Origin: Octopus vulgaris
Lineage: Eukaryota
Assembly (NCBI GenBank): GCA_951406725.2
Contig: OX597834.1
Location: forward strand, 22,382,001-22,446,000
Length of the DNA stretch: 64,000 nucleotides
Direction: 5' to 3'
Each line of letters opens with the position of its first letter. Positions within the stretch are counted from its first letter, which is position 1. Under the pieces are notes generated by a model. That model saw only the letters and a list, made by a program, of their open reading frames with translations, had not been told where the DNA came from and searched no databases. The translations under genes were made by a program, and so were the position numbers. This document shows, piece after piece, positions 12,087-24,518 of the stretch.

Positions 12087-15000
12087 AGTCCTCTCTGTCA
12101 ATGATATTGAGGTCTACTTCTTTTGTTGTTACACTTGCAGTTAATCATTTTATAAATACGTTGGAATAAAATGTTTTTGGTAGTGAACAGAATAGTTTAT
12201 TTATTGGTATTAATAATAAAGGAATTAATTATTCTTTAGTTTATTTATGGAAAGTCTTCAAATTTCTCAAGGTAATGAAATGAGATGAAATAGAGTGAAA
12301 TAAAAGAGGAATATTCATGCAATTGTCCCCACCATAGCTGGGGTCTTTATCTCACAAGATAGTTAGTGACCCCACCGGTACTGGTGCTTAACTAAGAGAC
12401 CATGCCAAAGTAGACAGTGGAGCTAGGTGCTGTCTCCTCATTAACCAGTCCCTGTCAAACCATCCAACCCATGCCAGCATAGAAAACAGACATTAAATGA
12501 TGGTTTTGTTTTTTTATTTCATTTCATTTCCTTGACTAATTTGAAGACTTTCTGTATCTGTATATAAATAAACAAAGGAACGATTCCGTCATATCTTGTA
12601 GCATTATTATTACCATCTGTGTGTGTGTGTGTAGGAGTGCATCTATTACATCAAAATATTTCTGTTTCTAACGATTTTTGTTTACATTTTGTTTTGTTTT
12701 CTTTTGTTTGTTTTTTTTATTATTGGTTTCCGTTCCTTAACCATCTTTGTCTTTCCCAAACTGAAATTCCTGGAATCCAGATCGTTGAATAAATACAACA
12801 GTGATATTTTATTAGGATTTCTTACCGATTCATTTCTTCAACCAACAACCTAAGAGTTCACAACAACAAAACTTAATCAAATGTTTACCATTTGACTCAC
12901 GACCTCCACCACCAACTTCTTCACCTTTTTCCTTTTCTTTTGCCTTCTTCATGTTCCTCCTTCTTTTCCTCCACCTCTCCTTCTCCACTTTCACCTCTTC
13001 CCTTCTCTTTCTCCGCCACCACCAACGAGACACCTTTAATTACAAAACCTATATTAGATGACATCCAAATGTTTACACTCAAAGGTTTCCAAGAGGAATC
13101 CCAAAGAAAGACATATCTTTTTCTTTTCTTTCTTTTTTTTTGTTCTACCCCCACCCCACCCCACCCTATATGTGTTGACTTCAAGAGACAAGAATGATGC
13201 CGGGCAAAGCAGGAAGTAGAAAGATTAACAATCAGGGAGTAGGTGGGTGGGGAGGTTGTTATTACTATTAGATGTGATGTGGAGACAATTTCTATCACAA
13301 ATTCACAAGTTGTTTGGTTTTAAAATGAAGTCAAAGGAATAAAAGGAGTGTGAGGTGATGGTGGCAGCGGTGGTGTAAGATTAGAATCTTTTGTAACAAT
13401 GGATTAGTTAAACAAAGCAAAGACATTTATAGACATTACCATTATTAGAGGCGACAAAACCTTTAGCATGCCAGGCAAAATGCTTAGTGGTATTTCATGT
13501 CCTTATGTTCTAAGTTCAAACTCTGCCAAAGTCAGTTTTGCCTTTCATCCTTTCGGGGTCAATAAATTAAGGACCAAGTTATGCACTGGGGTCGATGTAA
13601 TCGACTTAATACCTATGTCTGTCCTTGTTTGTCCCCTCTATGTTTAGCCCCTTGTTGGTAATAAAGAAATAGGTATTTCATGCCTTTGTGTTCTGAGTTC
13701 AAACTCTGCCGAAGTCAGCTTTGCCTTTCATCCTTTCGGGGGTCAATAAATTAAGTACCAGTTATATACTGGAATCTATCTGATCGACTGGCCCCCTCCC
13801 CAAAGGACTTTTTAGTTTTATCAAACAAGCAAAGCAAAACCATACATGTGTTGTTGTTGGTGGTGATGATGATGCTGCTCTGGTCTCCTCTTTCTGTTCC
13901 ATCCTAATACAATTGGAACAATGGGATTATCTTAGAATTCACTCTGAATTTTATCAGTGTGTGTGTGTGTGTGTGTGTGTTTGTATAAACTTGTGTTGTT
14001 TATGTGTGTCTATGTTTGTGTATGAGTGTGTGTGCCTCTGTTTATTTTTTATGTATTCATCTGTGTTTATGAGTGTCCATTGTTAGTGTTTGTATGTGTG
14101 TGTGTGTACATTTCCATACCAAAATAATTCCCAGACTTGTATCACTGTTCTATGATAAAAGTGTCCATTCCTTACCATCTCCCTCATTGAAATACAGGAA
14201 ACTGTTGTTGCAAACAGACTTTCCAAAGAATAAATGAATTTTCTTTGGAATTCAATAAAGAACATCTGTTGCCTAGCAACCTAAATGGCCCACTTCCATA
14301 TCAAACCTACATAATCAGTGAACAGTGGAATCATTGGAGCACCAGACCAAAAACCTCATGGTGCTTATTCCAGTTCTTTATGGTCTGAGTTCAAATCCTG
14401 CTGGAGTCAATTGTTTTTCATTCTTTGGGGGCTAATAAAATAAAATAGCAGACAACCACATGACATTTATGATGGTAGTGTGTGTGTGTGTGTGTGTGCA
14501 AATTGAGGGATATTTGGCTACTGTTTCTATTTGGTTCATGGCAACTGCATAGCATCTCCCTTGTTTCACCCCTTTCTAAGGAGCATGTCATTGGAGGGGT
14601 CATGAATGGTGATAGGACTTTGACAAACGTAACTGATTTATTGATTAACCAAACAATTACTTAATTGATTGAATGGTTAACCAATTAACAAATAAATAAT
14701 GAAGAAGTGAAATAGAACCAGTGTGTGTTTATTATCTGCATATTGACCCTCCCAAGATACAACAAAATCAGTTTCATGACAAGAGTTCATGTCAAGAATC
14801 TTGCAAACCAAATACAAGACAAAATTTTATAAAGAATTGTTATATTTTCTATTATTTTTAATTCCATTATAACATTTTGTTTGTCAAAATTAGCTCAGAA
14901 CATTGAAGCTTGTTTTCATTTTACTAGAACAATTAACTTGTTTTTTATCGTGTGTTTTGCATTGTTTTGTTTTGTTTCTGTCCCTAACAAAAGACCCTAA

Positions 15001-16589
15001 AAAAAACCAAAAATGATTGAAAATGATTTAAAAATATTTTCTGTGTTTTCTTTTCACTTATATAGTTAACAACAAAAAAAGACAGAATTTCTATTTTATC
15101 AATTTAATTAATTACATCATAAAATACACACGCACACATAAACACACACACACATATACATACATATATATACATATATGTTTGCTGGTATTATCTGATA
15201 TCAGTAAATTTGATTCTTTATCTTTTTCCTTTTGGGGTCAGTAAGGGTTCTTTGTTTCCCATTTTTTCCTCTTATTCATCACAATTTCATTCATATTAAA
15301 CATCATCATCATCAAATAATAAAGAAATTTTGTTTGTTTTTTTATGCAGTTTTGAAAAATCTGTCTCTCCATCATGTGCCTGTATACATACATACATACA
15401 TTTATTATATTGTGTTCGTTTATGACAACAGACTGTAACGAAACAATTAGGTTATGAGCATGAGACTTTAACACACTTGTTCATTAACAAGCTTTTGTTT
15501 TCACATTAACCTTTACTTAGCATTTTCGTTTCTACCTTTTTTTAAAATTGTGTTTTGAATTGACTCTTGCATATCAAATTATTTACTTAGACATAGACAC
15601 ACATAACCATTGATGGTAGACCTAATATGTCACCCGGTTTAACGCCACCATCTGGCACCTTGGGGGTGGTCTTTATTGGAGCTCATTCTGTTGCAAGAAT
15701 TCAGGCCAGGCTAGGGGTCTGGTTATATTTCTGTCTTACCACCCACCAGTCCCAGAAGCCATGTGAAGAGTTACAGGAACTCCCTTCCCTCCTGACTAAA
15801 AGAGTACAAAATAAAAAAAAAAACAAAAGCAATACATAAATAACTTCCACCTTCCCACCCACTGGGGAACATCTTCCAGATAAACAATGCATGACCTTGC
15901 AGGTGGGGCCCAGTTAGAATTTTCTTCAGGTCGAGTAGCCCATCCCCATCAATAGGTCCCTGAATAAGGATTGTTTAAGGATGTTGAATGAAACACCCAC
16001 GTTTCCAGAGATGAATTATCCAAACCACAAAGAACCCCTCTCAACACATGGCTATGATGCTCCCCCACAACTCCTGTTCATGATCAGAGATGCACTTAAG
16101 GCCACCAAGGAACTTGCTCAACTGGTTAAGGTCAAACAACTGACAAGCAAATCTGTGGTATTGAGCAGAATATTTGCTGTAGCCCATCCTTTATGCCAAG
16201 ACAAAACAATGTACATGATAACACTTCCAATCAGTTGAGTTCAGAAGCCATGAGAGCCACTGCCTGGTACTACATCATCATTATTATTATTATCATTATT
16301 ATTATTAATTTTTAAGGCAATGACTTGACAGATTCGTTAGCACACGGGACAAAATGCAATTTCATCTGCCTTCATGTTCTGTGTTCAAATTCAGCCGAGG
16401 TCGATTTTCCCTTTCAACCTTTTGGGGGGTCAATGAAATAAGTACCTGTTAAGCACTGCGGTCAATGTAATCGACCTACACCCTCCCCCAAAATTGCTGG
16501 CCTTGTACCAAAATTTGAAACCATTATTTGTCATTATTATTATTATTATTATTATTAATATTTAACTTTTCTTTTTGTTCTACTTTCAG

Positions 16590-16687
16590 ATATAATGCAG
16601 ATCCCAGAGACACCTGATCGCGAAGGAAAGCGAGTAACAATCACTGTTTACTTGGGGTCAAATCCTGATCCAACTAGGGCTCCAGAG
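16590..16687 (+). CDS. NAV2: NAV exon, phase 1-0: (D)[32 protein letters not shown]
   Basis: Acceptor ctttttgttctactttcag, donor GAG|gtcagt, 98 nt. Similar to the NAV 'GRHVKIVV' region. Confidence 0.88.
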
Positions 16688-19109
16688 GTCAGTTCCTTAG
16701 TACTTTACTCACAAAGATTTCTTTAACCCTTTTCATACCAAACTACCTGTGACTTCTACAATACAAACTTCTTGTTTTAAAGTAATCTGAATTAAAACCT
16801 TCCACCAAAGTTTGATGTTAATTTATGTTCCAAACACCAGCTTAAATTACCACAAAATTATTTCACTAAATTCTTCATTATTTTCTCGATTAACTCAAAC
16901 AAAGGCGGCATATTTTAACAGAAATATAACAAAATGGTCAACTATTTTGATACAAGCTAACTCCTAGCAGGTTTAAGTAGGAGTTTTGAAGTGGGTCATT
17001 CTCTGCCCTTTACAGAATGGCAAACATCTGAACTGACCTTTTGGTTCCCTTCCTGCCAGACTTTAAGCTTTTTAACCCTTTTGACGCCAATCTATCAAAG
17101 ACTGTTTTTGGTTCTTTGATACCTACTCCTTGATTTAACGTAATCTAAATTAAAAACCTTTCATCAAAATTTCCTGTTAATTTCTGTTCCAATCAAAAAC
17201 TTATCAATGACAAAGTTATTCTACTGAATTCTTCATTATTTTCAAAATAAGTCAGTGTATTTCAACAGGAATATGGTAACAGAAGGATTAAGTAGGAATT
17301 GTTAAGTGAATTCTTTGCTGTCTCTTACAGAATGGCAAACATTTAAACCAAACTTCTGGTTCCCTGCCTGCCAACTTACAACTTCTTAACCCTTTAGATG
17401 CCAATCTAAACCAGCCCCCTGATTCTGTGACCCAAATTTCTTCTTTTAAAATTATCTATAATAAAGCCTTCTCCCATGAAAATTTTATGCTAATTTATGT
17501 TCCAAAGAGCAGATCAATAATGACAAAGTTATTTTACTAAATTCTTTATAATTTTCAAAATTGATTTAAACCAATGCACTGTTTTTTAACAGAAATATAG
17601 TAACAAAACAGTTAAGTAGAAGTCACTAAGTGGATCCTTCTCAGCTTTTTATAGAATGGCAAAACATTTAGACCAGACCTTCTGGTTCCCTACCTGCCAA
17701 CTTATAAGTTTCTTAACCCTTTAGATGCCAATCTAAACCAGCCCCTGGTTCTGTGATCCAAATTTCTTCTTTTAAAATTATCTATAATTCTCCCTTCAAT
17801 ATTTTATGCTAATTTATGTTCCAAAGAGCAGATCAATAATGACAAAGTTATTTTACTAAATTCTTTATAATTTTCAAAATTGATTTAAACCAATGCACTG
17901 TTTTTTAACAGAAATATAGTAACAAAACAGTTAAGTAGAAGTCACTAAGTGGATCCTTCTCAGCTTTTTATAGAATGGCAAAACATTTAGACCAGACCTT
18001 CTGGTTCCCTACCTGCCAACTTATAAGTTTCTTAACCCTTTTGATACCAACCTGTCTGACACTGCTCTGAATCTGTGATACAAACATCCTGTTCTAAAGC
18101 AATCTAAATTGGTAAAACGAAGAAATTCAGCCATAAAAAAATACTCTGCCCCTATGGAAATGTAGATGATAATGAGTACGATGATAATGACAAGTACTGT
18201 GATAACGATAACGATGATTCATTATCATTGTTTACATTATCATCATCACGCCATACATTTTCATCATCATCATCATCACGCCATACATCATCATCATCAT
18301 CATCATCATCATCATGCCATACATTATCATCATCATCATCATCATACATTTTCATCATCATCATCATCATACATTTTCATCATCATCATCATCATCATCA
18401 TACATTTTCATCATCATCATGCCATACATTTTCATCATCATCATGCCATACATCATCATCATCATCATGCAATACTCAATCATCAATCATCATCATCATC
18501 ATCAATGCCATACATGACCAAACATTGAACTACATAACATTATGTAGCTTTGCCTGCTTCCATTTTTCATTATGATTTTTGTATGTTTTGTTTTGCTTTG
18601 TTGGTTTCTTTTTAATTTTTTTTCTTCTTCTTCCTGTTTATATTAAATAAATTATAAACAGGAAACTATTTTATTCCCCCCACCCCACCCACCCCGGTCA
18701 GTTGAGTAATTCTCCCCAACCACCCACCTCCCGTCTCCTCTCTCTCTCTGAAAGCAATCATCGAATGAATGAGAAACAACAATAATCTACATTTTTCCCC
18801 CAAAAAGATATATTCATTCAGCCGTTCCATCATGTGCGTTATCTCTCTCACTGGCAGCCAAAAAATGGAGGGGGGGGGTAAAAAATAAAATAATAATAAA
18901 TCTGCTCCACACCAAAGCAGTTCCATTCTTGATTATCATATCAGCATTTAGCAGAAGAATAATGGGTCTTTTGTTTGTTGTTAGCTTTTTGGGTTGGTTT
19001 TTTTTTGTTGTTGTTTTTAGAGAATGAAGCAACAGATGAAATATATATTTATATTCATATACATATGTAAATATATATGTATGTATATCTATGTGTATGT
19101 GCATATATA

Positions 19110-19142
<33 letters not shown>

Positions 19143-19236
19143 CTATGTGTATGTATATATGTGTGTGTGTGTATGTATGTATATATCTATGTGTATGCAT
19201 GCTAGCATGGAAAACGGACGTTAAACGATGATGATG

Positions 19237-19274
<38 letters not shown>

Positions 19275-19494
19275 ATCTTGTAAACAGTTGGGTATTTTTG
19301 TGATCCGGGAGGTTCTCTTCTATTCTTTCTGTTTAAGGGGTGGGGCAGTACCTGTTACTATGGTGATCTTAATAGATTTCAGTACTTACTAAACATTCCA
19401 TATTATTACCATTCCAGATTACAAATTGCTTATTTTAAAAGAGTACCCTTTCAACTACTGGAATGACAGACACTCCCCTCATAGTCCACATTCG

Positions 19495-19531
<37 letters not shown>

Positions 19532-20597
19532 GGTAGTAAGCTGGCAAAACCGTTAACACGCTGGGCGAAATGCTTAGCAGTATTTCATCCATCTTCACGC
19601 TCTGAGTTCAAATGCAACCAAGGTCAACTTTGCCTTTCATTCTTTTGGGGGTCAATAAATTAAGTACCAATTACGCACTAGATTCGATGTATTCAAATTA
19701 ATCCCTTCCGCAAAATTTGAGGCCAGTATGAAAGGAGCCATTCTGAGGATACACCTGTAATTAAAAAGGTAATATAAAAGGAGAAAGGGGCTCTCTACCC
19801 TCCTTTTGACCAGGCTCCCATGGCTTTTATGGGTTTTTCCATCAGGAACCTTTTGAAACGCCTCCCCCTATTGGGAGTTTTTCGTTGTTATATTTTCATT
19901 GTTAAACTGTTTTTTACTCGGATTTTACAAACGGACAAAACCCTTTGTAACTTTCGTCCTGTGTTTTGTCCCTTTATGTTATAATTAATTTTTGTCAGCC
20001 CTTGTGGCCAATAAAAGAATTAATTATTATTATTAGTAGTAGTATCATGTGTGTTTTTTTTTTTTTTCCAATTGCAGAAGTTGCCAGAGGTTCTTATTGG
20101 CTCTTTATCTGTAAGTGGCAAAACCAAATGGGATATTCTAGACAATATTGTACGAAAGATATTTAAGGTAAGGTTGTTGTTTTTTTGTGTTTTGTTTTTT
20201 AAGACATTTTTTTTCCTTTTCTTCTAAAACTTTTTAGGAATAACAATCATGTGGCCATTTTATTTTTATTCTTTTTTTATTTTATTTAGATATTTTTTTA
20301 CTCTGTGGTGCATCAAGAATTAAATAAGATTAAAATTACTTGTTTAGGAAAGTCTGAAAAAAAACTGTAGAAGTTTGAAAATTAAGAAATATATATATAA
20401 AGGAAATTATTGCTTACCTTGTTTTATATATATATACTTAAATATCTATATAGGGTATTAAATTTTTACAAATTTATTACCAGTGGCCTAGCATGCATAA
20501 AAAGTCAATAGACTACATATTATTCAATATAAAATAGTGTACATTTGAAATACAGAGAAATTGCCTATAACAGGCAATTTCTCTTTGTGTTTTATAC

Positions 20598-20648
<51 letters not shown>

Positions 20649-23600
20649 CAACATTATGAATAAAGCATTTTTTAAGATTATTGTAGTGGGGTGGGGGGTC
20701 TCTCAGTCTGGGGTGTGTTTACTCTTAGAGGTACACAAAAGAAATTACAAGAATACATGACATTGGTAAAAAGACTACTTGTTAAATTAATCATATATAT
20801 ATATAACGGAGATCAAGTGTGGGTCTGTCAAGCTGGGGTACATGAGATTTGTGAGAGAAAAAAACCCACTGCTTTTGCCTTGTTGAATTAATCATGTATT
20901 TATATACAGCTTCTCCTCGACTTGGAACCCAATTCCATTCTGACTGACAGGTTGTAAATCAATGTGGTTGTATGTTAGATTTATATTTTTCAACACTATT
21001 TTCATACAAATGCAACTGATTCTTAAAAACAACTGAGTGAGAGACAATGGCAGGTAAGTGGATGCCTGGGTCTGAGGGAGACCTGCATTGCCAGACACTG
21101 CCATTGTTATCATATGCCTGGCCGCCCCATGTCCTGTCCGAAAATCATTTATTTATTTATTTTTTTATTTTTTGTGGTCGTAAGTCGCATAGGTCATAAC
21201 TCAAGGAGAAGGTGTATATGTATATATATCAAGGTTATGAATAAAGCATTTTTTCAGATCAGGGAAGGCTCTCTTAAACTGGGGTATAAAGTACCTTTGA
21301 AGGTACTTAAGATAAAATACAGGGATACCTAAGTTACAAATAAGGCATTTCACAAGATTAGTTTACATTTATATTTTAAGTTTTATTTTCAGGGAAACCC
21401 TATGCTTTTCTTTCTCACTGATCCATTATTTTTTTTTTTGCACAGGAGTATGTTTTACGAATCGACCCAATCACCAATTTAGGACTGAGTGCTGAAAGTG
21501 TGTTTTCTTATCACATCGGTGAAATTATACGTACCAAAGGTAATTTATACCTTCTTTTACTGTTTTTTTTTTCCTTCTTTGTTTTTCTATTTTCTTCTTT
21601 TATTCTATTATTCTTTTATTTGTTTGTCACTTGACTGTGGCCATGCTGGAGCACCGCCTTTTAGTCAAGCAAATCAACCCCAGAAGTTATTTTTTGTAAG
21701 CCTAGTACTTATTCTATTGCTCTCTTTTTGCCAAACTGCTACTAAGTTACGGGGACATAAACACACTAGCATCAGTTGTCAAGCGATGTTGGGGGGGGGG
21801 GAGACAAACACAGACACACAAATACCCCCCCCCACACACACACACACATATATATATATATTTGACGGGCTTCTTTCAAGTTTCCGTCTACCAAATCCAC
21901 TCACAAGGTACACTAAAAGTACCCATGCCAGTACCACACTAAAAGCACCCATGCCAGTACCACACTAAAAGCACCCGTGCCAGTACCACACTAAAAGCAC
22001 CCATGCCAGTACCACACTAAAAGCACCCATGCCAGTACCACACTAAAAGCACCCATGCCAGTACCACACTAAAAGCACCAATGCCAGTACCACACTAAAA
22101 GCATCGATGCCAGTACCACACTAAAAGCACCCGTGCCAGTACCACACTAAAAGTACCCATGCCAGTACCACACTAAAAGCACCCATGCCAGTACCACACT
22201 AAAAGCACCCATGCCAGTACCACACTAAAAGCATCAATGCCAGCACCACACTAAAAGCACCTATACCAGTACCATGTTAAAGGCACTCATGCTGGTACCA
22301 CATCAAAAGACAGTAGAACCTGGTGCAGCTTCCTAACTTTTGCCAACTCCAGTCAAACTGTCCAACCCATGCCAGCATAGAAAATAGACATTAAATGATG
22401 ATGATTACAATGACTGCCGTAGATTGTGTTGGTGGTGGTGGTGGTGGAGTTACCAAAAAAAATGCCGTGGATGATAGCAACTATCAAGAGGGCCAATATT
22501 CACGTGTATGTGTTTTTGTCATATCATAATCTGAAATATCATCTTTTGCATGCAGTGCAGCGGCATGCATGAGAACAGATCCATATTCTAAGAATGGAAT
22601 ATCTTAAGTAAAATTAAGCATGGAGAACTCACAGACACTAAAAATAAACATTTTTTTTTTGTCTCTCTTTAGTTATCATTTTATATTATTTTTCTTCTCT
22701 TTTCTGAATGTTTGTGTTATGATAATGTGATAATGGATGAGAAAACGATGCAGTTTTTCCCAGTCCCTAAGGGACACATTATATAAGATGAAAAATAGAT
22801 TAAGGCCCCAGGGTGGGGTGGTGCAAATGCATGAAAAAAAAAAGTGTTTGCGTAACTGAACGAAGACAGACATAGCATTGAGTAGAGTTTCAGAATGTGG
22901 ATTATTTGCTTTTAGCTAAACTGATTAGAAACCTGAGGCTGCCGCTCTGCTCTTTTAGCCTTGGGGGAGAGGGTTTTTTGTTTGTTGCTTTTTTTTTATC
23001 CTGTCCCTCTTTCTTCTTTTTTTTTTTTATTCATTTGTTAATATTTGGGTTTTGTTATTTTGCGGTTTCTTTTTATTTACTTATTTTACGCACTTCAGCA
23101 TTAACTTGTGTTATATATATATATGTATGTGTATATATATATATATATATATAATATGTATATAAATATAAACACATATACATATATGCACTTATATACA
23201 GATAGATATACTGACTGTTAAATAGATATTGCCATTTGCACACACACTGATACAAACATGCATTTGTGTGTGTGTGTATATATATATATATTTACTGCAA
23301 GATGCTGTCTACTTCAACTGTAGAGATTTGCAGACTTACATAATAATTTCAAGTATGTCGGTTATGTGTGGCAAGTAGGGTAATGTGTCTTGTCTAAAAG
23401 CAAGCATACTGCTCCGTTTGCAATTAATGTATTCTTAATAACTAAACTAACAAATCTTTTTGAAGGAACAATTAGTTAAAAACTAAAACAGGGAATGGTT
23501 AAATTTAATGTGTTGCTCCATTTAACTCTGACCCCTAGTCTTTGGGTACTTTTAATAGAGCCCACTCTGTTGTCTCCCAGTTTAACACCACTACCTGGTC

Positions 23601-24482
23601 CCTGAGTACCTTTAGTAGAGCTCACTCTGTTGGTACCTTGTTGAACACTGCTCCTCGTTCTTGGGTACCTTTAGTACTATCCTTTCTGTTACAAGCTTTC
23701 AGAGCAAGTGTCCATTCAGAAGATATCTTCGCCTTTTCATCTCTAACTGAAATCGTTAAATATGTAAAAAAAAAAAAAATTTACTCACAGCTTGACAAAT
23801 AGTGAAACAGAAGAATGAAAAAGAATGGTATTATCGAGACCAAATAACTGTGATCCTTGCTCAGTCCTTGTGTAGCCATTCACTTAATGTAAAAACACTG
23901 CCTATGTTTCAATTAATTTTGAAAATAAAGAAAATTTGAAGAGCTTTGTAAATTACAGAGGTGATATAACTGAGCTTAGCTTGGCCATTTTTGGTACTTT
24001 TTGTAACGAAATACACAACTTATGATTTTAATTAATTTTGTAAAATAATTGAGAATTTGAAGTAAAATAACCAAATTTATTCATTACATTAATTAACCAT
24101 TGTCTAGTCATATTTCTGATGAAATTCAATAATTATGTTTTCTAATTATTTTTGAATTTAATGAAGAATTTGATAGGGCTTTGTAAAATAATTATCTTTC
24201 TCATTTACTTCTGTATTACACAAGAATTTGGAACATAACTTGGCAAAAAGTTCTTACATAAAATTCTGAGATATAAAGTTTAAATTTTAAATGAATGCAT
24301 TTTAAAACGAGAAATTCTGAATTGTAAAACCTGAGATGATCTTGAGAGGTTCCATATCAAAAGAGACATTCCCACGCCATCATATATTTGGTGGTACCAA
24401 GTGAATGCTAACTTTATTTGACATTAGGCATTTTAATATTTCGCTCGTTCTAGGCAATATAAGGATATCAATGATAACACGG

Positions 24483-24518
<36 letters not shown>

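Noticed and set aside
18152-18575. Poly-His/Ser/Asp ORFs up to 120 aa
   Set aside because: Translations of a (CAT)n compound microsatellite with no splice or homology support.
21909-22305. CRISPR-like look of the 26-bp repeat array
   Set aside because: Units are contiguous with no unique spacers, there are no cas genes, and the context is a eukaryotic intron. It is a minisatellite.
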